Source of the DNA: Catajapyx aquilonaris
Lineage: Eukaryota
Direction: 5' to 3'
DNA length: 64,000 nucleotides
NCBI GenBank assembly: GCA_000934665.2
Contig: JYFJ02000290.1
Location: 1 to 64,000, forward strand
Every line of letters begins with the position of its first letter. The first letter of the stretch is position 1. The notes under the pieces are model-generated. The model made no database searches. It was not told the DNA's origin and saw nothing but the letters and a program-made list of their open reading frames with translations. Of the stretch, positions 1 through 12,014 are shown piece after piece. Made by a program: the position numbers and the translations under genes.

Positions 1-278
1 GAAAATTTTCTGAATAGTGTTTACAATATTACATTAAATGTAAAGAAAGACCATTTATAAACAATGGTTTGCAACTGTTACTTACGCCATGAAAATTTTC
101 TGAATAGTGTTTACAATATTACATTAAATGTAAAGAAAGACCATTTATAAACAATGGTTTGCAACTGTTACTTACGCCATGAAAATTCTGAATAATGTAA
201 TATTGTAAACACTATTCAGAAAATTTTCATGGCGTAAGTAACAGTTACAAACCATTGTTTATAAATGGTCTTTCTTTA
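1..278. repeat. 90-bp tandem duplication (1-90, 91-180) followed by an inverted copy (about 194-278), in a tra2 intron
   Basis: 1-90 and 91-180 are identical by eye; the reverse complement of 194-278 matches 41-125 with one mismatch. Confidence 0.9.
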
Positions 279-830
279 GGAAAAAAAAAAATACATCAAC
301 TTGCGTTTAGCATTGACGTAATTTTTTGACGTAAATTTTACAAGGACAGAAAAGTACAGTTCTTGGCCACCAGCACTGTGTCTAGGAAAAGTAGCAATTT
401 ATTGTTAAAAAATGGAAGCAAGAACAATTTTGTCCTTCAAGAAGAAAATGATGAGTGTTGGGGGTACAAGCAGCTTATAAAAATCACACTAAATATTGAA
501 ACTTCATCTATGGCATTGCAGGTGTCAAAAATGGTAGTAAATGACAGTACTCCCTGGTAGAATGCTGCCACATTTCTACATGGAACAACTTGCCTTGTAA
601 TTAAAAGCAACCTATGATAGTGGCCAATCACTGTGTACTTTCCCATCAAATAAATTAAACAAGGCAACAACTCAGACCAAGCCCTCAGTCTCCCTCTCAA
701 TAGCGTTAAGAAACGAATTGCAAATCATGATCTTGGCCTTGTCAAGCCTGAATATGTTCTATTTTGCCATTCTGAAACACTGAAATATTGTAATATTAAA
801 AAGGTTGCCCCTCAAGAGCTCAAGACTTAC

Positions 831-3508
831 CCTGTTCCCAACATGCCTCCTGCGGTTCGACATGGGGCTGCGGGAGTGACTGCGGTAGTACTCCTTTCTG
901 CGGTCACTGTACCCATAGTACTTGCCCCTGGGGCTGTAGGAGCGAGAGCGAGAGTGGGAGTAGCGTGACTTGTACCTCCGAGGAGAGCGTGAACGGCTAT
1001 GTGAACGGTAGCGCCCACGGTATGACATCTTATGAGATCTTGAGTTGCTCCTGTTAGTTGCACGGGGGGAAATACACATTAATTGACATCCCTCCAGCAC
1101 ATCAATATATAGCAGATACCATCATAGCTTTTACTACAACAGAGCTCTATTTTCTTGTTACTAAAAAAATTGCCAGACGTGCCACTTGTGTGCAGTGGCA
1201 GCCATCCAAGCATTCGCCAACTGATCACATACATTCTAGTGACATTCATAACTAGGCACTGCCTCAGTAAGTCAGAGCTGAACATGCACAGGAGGATGTC
1301 ATTACATTCAGCATCCACCACTTCCTGGCACACTTTAATAATCGCTGGAGAGCAACAATTCACATGCAATATTTTGTTCATGTGACTAAAAATGCAAATA
1401 TGCTTCACCCATAAAAATGAAATCTAGGATCACCTTTAAAATGATATTACAACTCATCAAATAAAAAAAACAACAAAAGCAGAGACACCCATGCCAACAC
1501 ATTCAAGCTCAATAGCCTCACACCTATGAGGCCTCCTTGTTTATCACAAGTGAACTGAAAGTACAGCTGCAAGCATACATGTAGTGAGCAGGCACAGAAC
1601 CATCTGGACCAGCTTACCTGGATCTTGGATAGTAGGCCTCTCTCTCGTGATTCCTGTGTCCCGAGTGCGAGTTGGACCTACTCCTTATGCGTTCCCTCGA
1701 CCTCGACCTACGGGGGGAGGGGGTGTTATCATTGGCTGGCCGACTGTGAGCAGATCCACTCTGAGCTGGGCTCCGCTGCAAGGCAAGGAGTTTCAAGGTC
1801 CCAGTCAGATCTAACCAGCTGCCACAACCACCTCTGCTCTCCCAAACACCTCATGCCATCTACTTCCCCCATAAGTTTTAACTGTAGACTTGCCTAATGG
1901 CTATTGTCACTCAAGTTAATAAGAACAAATAAAAACACCAATAGAACTCCGATAACACCACCGTGAAGGCCCATACACACAGGCCGTCGGCGATTTTGGT
2001 CGTTGGTCGAGTTGACGCCAAACATGGACCAATCATGACTCATGTAAACAAGCCATAAACAATGTGTTGCGCTTGTTTACATGAGTCATGATTGGTCCGT
2101 GGCGTCAAAGCAACCAAAGACCAAAACCATCGACGGCCTGTGTCTACGGGCCTTGAGACACACACACACACACGGAGAAATGCTACATGGGTACTGAATC
2201 ACACCAACTACCACTAGTCACTAATGCAAAGGACTTTCCAAGACATTATTAGCACATTACATAACGCACACTACTTCTACACAACCTAATCGACCCACCT
2301 TGTCAACCTGGGGTTACAATACCCTTTCCAAACACATGCACAACAAAATGTTCTAGAATTCTCTCTCATGGAAACACCCTCACACCATATTGTGAAGTAG
2401 GTGATGTACTGAAAACTTTGCTGCACAAACATTTAACAGGTGGTGGGTTGTTCTCTCTACGGTTAGCCATGAGCTGTCAACGACAAATCATGGCAACCCA
2501 TTAGAAAGCTTACGTGAGACACTGGCTGATAGCATGGGGGAAAACCCACACATAACTCAATAAAGGTTCAACATTCATGTAATTGATAAAAAATAGAGAA
2601 TGCTTACATACTCTCATTACTAATTAACAAACTAGGGATATTAATTTATGCATCAAGCTTTACACTATTTCAAGCATCACATTTGTTTATTCCAGTGCAG
2701 GGGGAGCAAGGTGTGTGGCCTGGCCATATTCCATTAATTATGGGGCAAAACTCTAGCATTACATCACACTACCCTATTGTACTGCCGTATCTAAGATGCA
2801 TTCAGCCTTAGAATAGCACACCAATGCCACATTGTAGACACTGTCGCCCATTGTCATGTCAGTACTATTCTATGGCTGAACTGCACCTATCTTGAGTTCA
2901 ATACAATACATTCCATTACAACTTGGTACCCTGCAGAACCTGAAAATAGGCCATGTTACGATCCCTTACAGTGCGGCAAAGAGGAGCAATTTACCTTTGT
3001 AGGCGTAACAGACATGACCTCAATCTCATTCAAAGAACTCCGATCACCAGTGTTAAACATTCAGTGTGCAGCCATGGCAACCGGGATTCCAAGGAAGCAT
3101 GGCTGCCAATAAAAATTGGGTGCGATTTACGTCCCACTGCTAGTTACTGCTAACTTGGCAGTACCATTGCCGACACTGGCACTGCCAAGTTAGTAGTAAC
3201 TAGCAGTGGGACGGAAATTCCACCCAAAAAGAACAGGAAGAAAAAATGAAAAAAAAGGGAACAAAGAAGCCTTTGTTCCCACCTCGTGTCTTTCATCCAA
3301 CCCTATCAGCCCGATTATGTGACAAAAAGACCGCTGCAATTGTCTCCATCGAATTAACGCCAATGCAACCCGATGCGAAGGTGAGGAACCCGCCGATGCA
3401 GCCGGATTCTCGTAATGATGCAAAATGATCGAACGCCGCACTTTTTTTTCTTTTCTTCCCTTCCTTCCCTCCCCCCTCGACCGGTTAACTTACGTCTCTG
3501 TCACTCAT
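831..3508 (-). CDS. tra2: Transformer-2 (TRA2) SR-like splicing factor, 5' part only (RS1 domain; the RRM lies beyond the window start). Coding exons 3508-3494, 1775-1618, 1050-831
   Basis: Spliced product MSDRD|RSPAQSGSAHSR...YYPRSR|SNSRSHKMSYRGRYRSHSRSRSPRR...RSPMSNRRRHVGNR; all junctions are GT-AG with consistent phases (0, 2, 0). SPMSxRRRHVGNR is the TRA2 motif immediately before the RRM. Confidence 0.88.
1967..2153. mobile_element. Fold-back MITE, PIF/Harbinger-like
   Basis: Nearly fully palindromic; termini AGGCCCATACACAC / GTGTCTACGGGCCT; flanked by a 3-bp direct repeat TGA. Confidence 0.7.
3116..3227. repeat. Inverted repeat (hairpin) in tra2 intron 1
   Basis: CGTCCCACTGCTAGTTACTGCTAACTTGGCAGT pairs with ACTGCCAAGTTAGTAGTAACTAGCAGTGGGACG (one mismatch), with imperfect outer extension. 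Confidence 0.85.
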
Positions 3509-4475
3509 GCCGTTGTGTCCGCCGGAATGTGCCGTAGCTGCTGTGCCTCTGGAGCTACGCAGTTTAGGAGGAAGGACCCCGGGTATGGAAGGGTCCGCGA
3601 CAGGAACGAAAGGGTCGCCTCTCTTCAGACGCCGATCACAGAACGTCCGCTCCCGAAATATGACTGAAGTGGGGGGGAGAAAAAGATGGCCGAAGTGATG
3701 CCGCGCGAACAGGATTCTGGGTAGCAGGGGTGCCAACGCTCGCCGGTTATGCTGCTGTAGTAAGCTGCGTTCACGTCGTTAATGGCCGTATAAAATCTAA
3801 GGAAAATTATTTAGTGCTTTATAGTTATAAATATATTGACAGTAGTGGAGATTGGAATGTGATAAGTGACTGAAGGCGGACTGAAGGGCACTCCTAATTT
3901 TCCAATGGGCGGGGCGTGGGGCGGGGCATAGAATACAATCCTAGCCTTTTGAGCGCTTTTGAGGCTGTTGCTTGTACTTTCTGAAGCCGTAATGAGGAAC
4001 CGCACGTGTTCGTTTGAACAGACACAAGGACTAAATTCGGCAGCACAATAAAGCCAGCCGAACTCATGAACGTCAATATATTCATACATATAAACAGCCT
4101 CACTGGACTGACCAATCAGAGGCCGAAACCGCATTGTCCTCTGCGGAACTCTCCCGCCAATAGGGAAAAATCAGCGTGCCTTTTACAAACATGCTACAAC
4201 GCGCATGCGTGTTGATGATCAGGGCTGCCAACCGTATTTGTAATTAAATGTTTCAAGTTATAATTATCGCAAAAATGTGATGTGAAATAAATGCGAATTA
4301 AAAATACTGTTAATGTCATTTACTTTCAAGGCCGGTCGGCACTCGGAGGATTACCATTTAAAGATGGCGGCCTACTGGGGCGGAGATTACTAATTATGAG
4401 AACTCCTTGATGAATATTTGCGATAAGTCAGGTGACATTCACGGGTTCTGTGGGTGAAGGAAACCAAGGCCAAAC
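3509..4475. promoter_or_regulatory. Bidirectional promoter region tra2/Vps11
   Basis: Divergent ATGs 3508(-) and 4476(+); CCAAT boxes 3902, 4112, 4157; GC boxes 3907-3927; GCGCATGCG 4201-4209; AAGATGGCGGC 4361-4371. Confidence 0.7.
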
Positions 4476-7400
4476 ATGACCTTTTTTCAGGTAAACACCA
4501 TCGGCTACATTAATTGCAATTAACAGCTGGTTGGGAGCTGCTCCGAAATATGTATGAAAATATGAATTTGATTACAATAAGTATATGTAATGACATGAGT
4601 GCAATTTGAAATTGCCACTTGTTGCAGTTACATGTCCCAAATGGTTTTATCATCTCAGATTAAGCTGAAACACAAGTTAAATATATTCTAGGAGGAATTG
4701 TGAGGGTTTAAACTTACGATGTTATCATACAGTAATTATTATAATTCCAGTGGCGGAGGTTCAACTTTTTTGATCTGACTAATAATGCGGACAATGGTCA
4801 GGTTGCGGAGAAGCTCAAGGTTGGTGGGAGGTCTCTTTATTTGTTTAAATTTGTTTAAAAATAATTGTGTTTTGTAGGATTGCAACATAACATGTATGAC
4901 GAGCGGGAGAGGCCAGATCATCCTGGGTGACGATGAAGGGTCGCTATATTTCGTTACATGCGAGTACCAGGTCACGTCGTACAAGGCGTACGATCTGCGG
5001 GTGTCCCATGTGCTGCAGATGAAACAAGCTGGGATACTTGTCACAATTGGGGTACGTACCGGTACTTATTGTGCTTGAATCTCGTGCTATATCATGACTA
5101 TTACAGGAAGATGAGCCGGGAGTTAATCCGCTTGTGAAGGTTTGGAATGAGGAAAAACTGGACAAGCAGCAGAATCCGATGTGCGTTAAGATAACCCGAG
5201 CCATCCCTGGAAACAAACCAACTGCGGCTACTGCACTGGCAGTTCATGAGACGCTGTCCCACATGGCTGTTGGATTTGCGGATGGGTCCGTGGTGCTGTA
5301 CCGCGGCGACATCACTCGCAACCGGAGCTCCAAGCAGGAGCTGCTGCAGGAAGGCGGATCGTCTGCTGTGACGGGAATGGCCTTTAAGACCACTCCAAAG
5401 GCCACGTACCTGTTTGTCGTCAATTCTGACTTGGTCTACTCCTACAATGTGACCGAAAAAGACGCCAAGGATCGCAAGTGCTACCTGGACTCAATTGGTT
5501 GCGGACCAAGATGTTCTGTTCTGGCAGATTCAACGCAGGAGGGCCACTTCATGATTGGGAGGACAGATGTACTTAATTTTGTCTAACAGTCTCTTAGTAC
5601 GCGTTTACATGGGAGCGATTTGATAAGTGATGTGCAGCAATGAGAATCGCTGAGCAATGAAGTCAATTGCTTGGGAGAGAAACACGATTTTTACTGTTTC
5701 CCCAAACAATTGGTTTCATTGTACAGCAGTGCTCATTGCTGAGTGAATCACTCACATGTAAACGCAGCCTTAATTGTAATTTATACATTTTCTGAATTGC
5801 AGAAAGGCAAGCCATCATTTTAAACCCGATTAATTCATGCTTTCCAAGTGAAAATGAAACAATTTTTGGATATTGAAACGTCTGCTTTGCTCCGTACATA
5901 TTGAAGAAAAATTTATGCTTTGCTCTGTAATCATTGCCATAATTACAGGCAGTGTACTGCTACACACCTGATAGCCGTGGCCCATGTTACGCATTTGATG
6001 GTGAGAAGGTGGCGTTGGGCTGGTTCAGGGGCTACCTGGTGGTGGTGTCACGTGATGCGCCCAAAGGTGGTGATCCAAAGGGTGGAAATGACTCCGACGC
6101 TTCATCTTCCACGACTTCAGCCACTAAGAACACGGTCACCATCTTTGACACTACAAATAAGTTTGTGACTTTCACTGCTCCGATGCGAGAGGTCATGGGA
6201 GTAATCCCAGAGTGGGGTTCGCTGTGTGTGCTTTCAAAAGACAAGCGCTTGGCTTGCTTGTCCGAGAAGGACCTCCATTCCAAGCTGGGGCTTCTCTTCA
6301 AGAAGAATCTCTACGACATCGCCATCCGGATTGCAAAGAGCCAGCAGTATGACTCTGAGGGGCTTATCGACATATTCAGGTACTTTGTACAAAGCATAGA
6401 AATTATCCACTATGCGGCTAACATTATTCACATTCTAGGCAGTACGGTGACCACCTGTACACAAAGGGCGACCACAACGGTGCGGTAGAGCAATATATCA
6501 AAACGATAGGACGTCTGGAACCATCGTACGTCATTCGCAAGTTCCTGGATGCTCAGCGTATCCACAACCTGACAGCCTATTTGCAAGCCCTTCACAAGAG
6601 AGGACTGGCCACAAAGGATCACACGACTCTCCTGCTCAACTGCTACACGAAGCTCAAAGACACACAGAAATTGGACCAGTTCATTGCCGATTGCGAGGTC
6701 GACTTTGATGTCGAGACGGCCCTGAAGGTGTGCAGGCAGGCTGGGTATTTCAAGCATGCGCTTACCTTAGCCAAGAAGCACCAGCAGCACCAGTGGTACC
6801 TGAAGATTCAGATTGAGGACCACAAGGATTACCAGGAGGCTTTGAAGTACATTGACAACCTGGATTTCGAGGAGGCGGAAGAGAACTTGAAGAAGTACGG
6901 GAGCGTGCTGCTTGAGAATGCGCCTGAACGATCTATTGAGCTGCTGAAGAAGCTGTGCTCCACTCCCAGGAAAAAAGTGGATGAGTTCGGGGAAGAGGTG
7001 CAGACAGTCGCTCAGCCGGAAGAGTTCATACATCTTTTCCTCAACAAGTCAAAGAGCGTGGCCGAGTTTCTGGAGCACATGATAAAGGTAACGTGTTTCG
7101 TGCATATCTATTAGAGCAGTGCTCTAACATGCCACTGCTTTGACAGATGGATCCAAATGCAAGTCCGTCAATCCACAACACCCTGATTGAGTACCACCTG
7201 CAACAGTATGCCCAAAGTTCACACCAAGATGACAAGTCATTCCATGAAGAGAAGATCATGCGGATGCTGCAGAATCCAGACGCGCAGTATGACCCTGATC
7301 AGGCGCTTGTTCTGTGCCAGATGCGACATTTCAGCCCCGGGATTCTGTACCTCTACGAGAAGGCCAAAGTGTATGAACATATTAGTAATATTGGTGCTGT

Positions 7401-8731
7401 GCAAACAATCTCGTTAGCTGTGACTTAGGCTGCTTTTACACATGAGCGTTTTGATCAACGATGAGCATTGCTGATCAAATTTCTCGTATGTGAATGCGGC
7501 CTTACATATTCCAAAATGTGCAGGTATCAACACTTGCTGAAGTACCACCTGAAGAACAAGGACTACACGGAGGTGGTAGCAACATGCAAGAAATTTGGGG
7601 AGCAGGACCCCAACCTCTGGCTGCAAGCGCTGTGGTCCGTGTCGGAGGAACCAGACGTCCCTCCAGGTTATCTGTCCCAAGTGCTGACGGCCATTGAGAA
7701 GCACCAGCTCCTGTCCCCGCTTCTGGTGATCGACACCTTGTCCAACAGCAGCACCGCCACATTAGGCGTGGTTAAGGACTACTTGGTGCGTGTGCTGCAG
7801 AAAGAAGACGAGTGGATTGCAGAGGATGAACGTCTCATCCGACAGTACCAGAAGGAGACTGAGAAGATCAGGCTGCAAATACACAGCATCAGGACCAGCG
7901 CAACCATATTCCAAGGGTCCCATTGCAGTGCATGCACACATCCGCTTGAGTTGCCCTCCGTACATTTCCTCTGCCAACACTCGTATCATCAGCAGTAAGT
8001 TTGTGACACCTCATTCTCAGGAACAAATGTTCACACAATGCAACTTCTCTTGCAGCTGTTTCGAAAGCTACTCCGAGTCCGAATCAGAGTGCCCAGCTTG
8101 CTCGCAGGAGAACCGGAAAATCCAGAGCATAATCCGAGCTCAGGATCAGACTAAGGACTTGCATGAGCAATTCCACAGCCAACTGGAGAAGGCGGAGGAT
8201 GGATTCTCCGTGCTGGCTGACTATTTTGGTCGGGGTGTTTTCAATCGTGTCAAGCTTGTTACAGACACCCCGATGGGTGCAAGGCTCCCGGTCATTGCTC
8301 CGCCAGTGGCTCCAGTGCCAAAAGTGGAGCCAACTGGAGCTGGTGCTGAAGCTCGTCTCAGAATGATGGAGCACCGGAACCAGGGACCAATCGAGTCTGT
8401 ACCGGAAAGCAGGGTGAGAGCTGCTGAGGCAGTGGTGACCAAAGAGCCTTCGCCAAGGCCGCAGCCTCTCCGCCCAGTTCGAGTCAGAGACAGCATAAGC
8501 GCATCACTAGAGCACCACATCGCCAACCTTCCTGAGCCAGTCCAGCCTCCGCCAAAGCCTCCTAGTCCAAAGCCAGCTCCGTCACGAATTGAAGAGAGCC
8601 TGGTGCCCAACCCGTTTGAAGATTACGATGACGCCAAGAATCCATTCGCAGATGCAGATGACAACAATCCATTTGGTGATGCGGATGACGAAGATGATGA
8701 CTACGATAAAAATCTAAATCCCTTTGCATAA
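4476..8731 (+). CDS. Vps11: Vacuolar protein sorting 11 (HOPS/CORVET core subunit), about 1056 aa. Exons 4476-4490, 4751-4819, 4878-5051, 5107-5568, 5949-6379, 6439-7087, 7147-7370, 7524-7994, 8056-8731
   Basis: N-terminus MTFFQWRRFNFFD; clathrin-repeat region QYGDHLY...LEPSYVIRKFLDAQRIHNLTAYLQALH...HTTLLLNCYTKLKD; RING CSACTHPLELPSVHFLCQHSYHQHC...CPAC; VPS11_C DGFSVLADYFGRGVF. All 8 introns are GT-AG and in frame (3171 nt). Confidence 0.96.
5594..5773. mobile_element. PIF/Harbinger-like MITE family copy 1 (Vps11 intron)
   Basis: Ends GCGTTTACATG / CATGTAAACGCAGCC; internal sequence shared with 10104-10254. Confidence 0.6.
7428..7501. mobile_element. PIF/Harbinger-like MITE family copy 2 (short, Vps11 intron)
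   Basis: GGCTGCTTTTACAC...TGTGAATGCGGCC flanked by TTA on both sides. Confidence 0.6.
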
Positions 8732-8826
8732 ATTTTCCTGTATAAGTGTTGCACCTGCAAAAATATAGTACGTTATCAATAATCTCTCCTGCAATAATTT
8801 ACAGCTTGCAGATATCAACATGACTG

Positions 8827-9043
8827 ACAACCAAAGTAACTCTTCTTACCCTCCTGAATTTTGAAAATGTTTGGATTTTCTAATAATTCTGCTTGGCCTA
8901 TAGCGATGAGAGAACATCACCTCTGCTGCTAATTTCCAAGTTAGCAGGGTGAATGTTTTCTCAACACTATAGGCCAAGCAGAATTATTAGAAAATCCAAA
9001 AATTTTCAAAATTCAGGAGGGTAAGAAGAGTTACTTTGGTTGT
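8827..9043. repeat. Long near-perfect inverted repeat just downstream of the Vps11 stop
   Basis: Outer 77 bp arms match with one mismatch; the inner part continues to pair imperfectly. Confidence 0.92.
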
Positions 9044-9050
9044 GAGAGGC

Positions 9051-9376
9051 GATTATTATTATTATTTTTGATTACCCCATGGTGACCTGTTGGGTCTATA
9101 GGGGGGTGGATTACCACTATTGGAGGCATAGGTCTCTTGTCTATTGAATACGCCCGGACCCATGGGCAGGGAAATTAGGAGGGGATGTGCAAAGTGTGTG
9201 TGCAATGTCTTTGATTTGCCGTTTTGTGAACTCCCCTGGGTGGCTTGTGTGAAAGGGTCGCCACCCGAGACGGTCCCACTCTGCGCAAGATGAAGGGGGA
9301 AACCCCAGGTTGGGTTCGAACCCGGGACCTTAACATCCGCGGGCACATGCATTACCGCAGTGCCACTCCGCCTCCC
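9051..9376 (-). mobile_element. tRNA-derived SINE, family A
   Basis: Minus-strand head GGGAGGCGGAGTGGCACTGCGG (A box) ... GGTTCGAACCC (B box); (AAT)n tail; TSD TGTGAGAGGC at 9041-9050 and 9377-9386; related copies at 35251 and 36735. Confidence 0.88.
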
Positions 9377-9789
9377 TGTGAGAGGCAATAATAAGAAATG
9401 TGGTGGCCTGCAGACACCTTTATTGGCCTTGTACATGGTTACACCTACCCTTACACCATTTTGTAACATTTACGTCTGAATAATTTACGGACTGAACTCA
9501 AAAAGGACGGCCCAGCTGCAATCGTCTCTGGTGTAGGTATTCTTACGTTTGCAGTGGATCGTGACATCAAAAAACATACAGAAGAAACACTTTTTTTCTT
9601 TTTTCTTTTTCCCCAGGCACTAGAGTTTACTGGGATGGAAAGAACAACAGCCTCTTTCACTGCCAATCTATTGTGGATAACCATTTTGGTTATTTTGTTT
9701 TCGCTTCTTGTCCATATATAATTTTTTTTCCAGAGGGGTTGGGTGTGGAAGTAACAGTGGTTGTGAGATAAAAGTTAGCTTTAGTTTGT

Positions 9790-9877
9790 TCACTTCTTGG
9801 AACCCTTCAGGCGTTTCAGTTTTTTCCCACCGGGCTTCCTAGTTTCTCCGCCCCTCCTGTCCTCCTCAACGCTTCGG
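9790..9877 (-). CDS. Mlf: Candidate distal alternative last exon of Mlf (SRSVEEDRRGGETRKPGGKKLKRLKGSKK*)
   Basis: TTTCAG acceptor, in frame with the phase-2 donor after 12019; AATAAA on the minus strand at 9424-9419. Confidence 0.55.
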
Positions 9878-10103
9878 CTGAAATGCACATTCAGAATAAT
9901 TAAACACAAGCAGATGTAACAGGCACAGGGTGAATCTACAGTGCAATAACGGCTAAGGAGTCAACAGGATCATTCCGAGTCATGAATAAACTGGTCCTGT
10001 TCTGGAACTGATCCACTGAGCACTACAACATTGTAATTACTTGCCAGATCAACAGTGATGGTCATAGTGACTTGTAAGCACACTTTAGCCTTACTTTCCA
10101 TTA

Positions 10104-10254
10104 AGCTGTGTTTACATGTGAGTGATTTCATCAGTGATGTTGCCGAGATGTTATCGCTGAGCAATGAGAGCAATTGTTTGGTGTGAAAATACATTGTTAC
10201 CACAATTGTTACTTTCACTCAGTGATGATATCACTGCAACATGTATATGCAGCT
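10104..10254. mobile_element. PIF/Harbinger-like MITE family copy 3
   Basis: AGCTGTGTTTACATGT...ACATGTATATGCAGCT flanked by TTA/TTA. Confidence 0.65.
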
Positions 10255-11836
10255 TTATGGATGAGTCATGCCAACAGGTCATGGAAACGGCCATCTTGAG
10301 TGTCTGATCTTTTAGTGTAAGCACACCAAATGGAGTACTTGATCAGCTCTAAACCCTGTCTGATTTCTTCATGACCATATGAATGACCCCATATGAAGTT
10401 ATGACTTGTGAACTCCCCATGTCATGCAACCATGCTGGTCCAGCACCCAATCAAAAGTACGTCATGCTGGTGTGTGGACACCATTCCCCTCCCATTCACA
10501 AATAAGTGACATGTACCGTATTTCTCCTTCGAGGATGCTTGAAAATAAATTAGAATTTGTAATGATTATACAAGTGTCGGATGGGAACAATGTAACTTCC
10601 ACACATCATAATCCCACCTGGATGAGACATTAGTAACCCCATTATCTGTAAAGATTTGTTACAATATTTTCATTCTGCAGATAAGCCAGGTATTTAAAAC
10701 AGGATCCCGTAAGACCTATCACAGGGTTACTAGGTTCAAGACAACTGTTGTTATTCGAGACACTTTCTCATATGAAGTTCATGTGAGTGTGTCCATAATA
10801 ATACAGCACACCTATGAATTTTTAACAAAATCCAAGATGGTTGGGCATACGGGGTGAGAGGGAACGATCCAATTTTCCAGTGTGAAGCTACGATCAGCCA
10901 ATTCCTACATCACTCATGTCGTGATTCATCTCGTCAGCATTCACCACAACAGCATGATGTACTTTGTGGGCAGACTCTAAGCATATCCCCGATGTAATTA
11001 ACTCACCCCAAATAGGGCAAAGTTTGAGTGGGTCTGCCATGAACCAATATGGCAACAACTGACGAAGAATGCAATTTCTCTAAGAGAATAAGAGCACTTC
11101 CTCTCTCATCAGTTTCATTGTCAGTGACTTCCTGCATTCTACTTGTATTTAACTACTTAATTGATGAAATAATTAAGCAGCAGTATTAATGAACTGAATC
11201 GTCCTGCCAAATGCCACAACAAATAAAGGGCAGTGTGTTAATTTATTAAAATCAAAAGTAGCAGCAATCTATCATTGCCCATATGAAAATTGGTGAATTA
11301 CATGACTTTGGGAAGCATAAAAATTAAAATCAAGCAAATGAAAAACTGAGCCTACATAATTAGCCAATCACCTGGACCAACCAATCCTGCACACTTGGGT
11401 GACAGCCAGAAAGCATTACAAATTTTTATCCAGAACTATAAAAATGTCAATTCCTGTCCTATTTGGGATGAGCAAGCGATTCTACAGGGTGTCTAAAAAA
11501 TAATGTCCTCACAGAACACTCTTGAATATCTCACCCATGCTAGAATAAATCCCAGGTAAAACTGTCCCAGAGAATTTAGTTCAATGCCTTTTTAAAAAAT
11601 CCCCACTGAACATACTGTGGTGGAATCTTTAAAAAAATTAAAATTAAAAAACTAACAATTTACACAATAAGTTTTCATATTTGCAACTCCAAGCTCACCC
11701 AGAGAAATGCGAACCATTTTCCCTAAGAACCAAACACGTGAACGTATGTCAATGAGGACAAAATTTCCCAGCCCCACTACAGTACGCATGGTACTGTTAC
11801 AAACCCACATTGCATGCTTCTTGACCAACCGAGGTC

Positions 11837-11921
11837 TCAGTGCACTCGCTGTCGAGCCATAGCCCGCAGATTTTTGATCCTGGCTGCTCTGGACTCGCTC
11901 CCAGTTTCCCCTCCACCCTCA
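11837..11921 (-). CDS. Mlf: Candidate proximal alternative last exon of Mlf (SEGGGETGSESRAARIKNLRAMARQRVH*)
   Basis: TTGCAG acceptor giving a 97-nt intron from the donor after 12019; in frame to a TGA. Confidence 0.5.
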
Positions 11922-12014
11922 CTGCAAGCATCCATCCAACGACAAAGTGTGGCTTTTAAAACCAGCCCTTACCCTTTACACCCTCCTATTCCATTAGTGA
12001 AGTGTTAGTCATTA

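Noticed and set aside
9290..9376. tRNA-like sequences (also near 35510-35589, 36735-36815 and 61920-61996)
   Set aside because: They are SINE heads: followed by a shared body and tail, mostly with TSDs, and without a clean cloverleaf.
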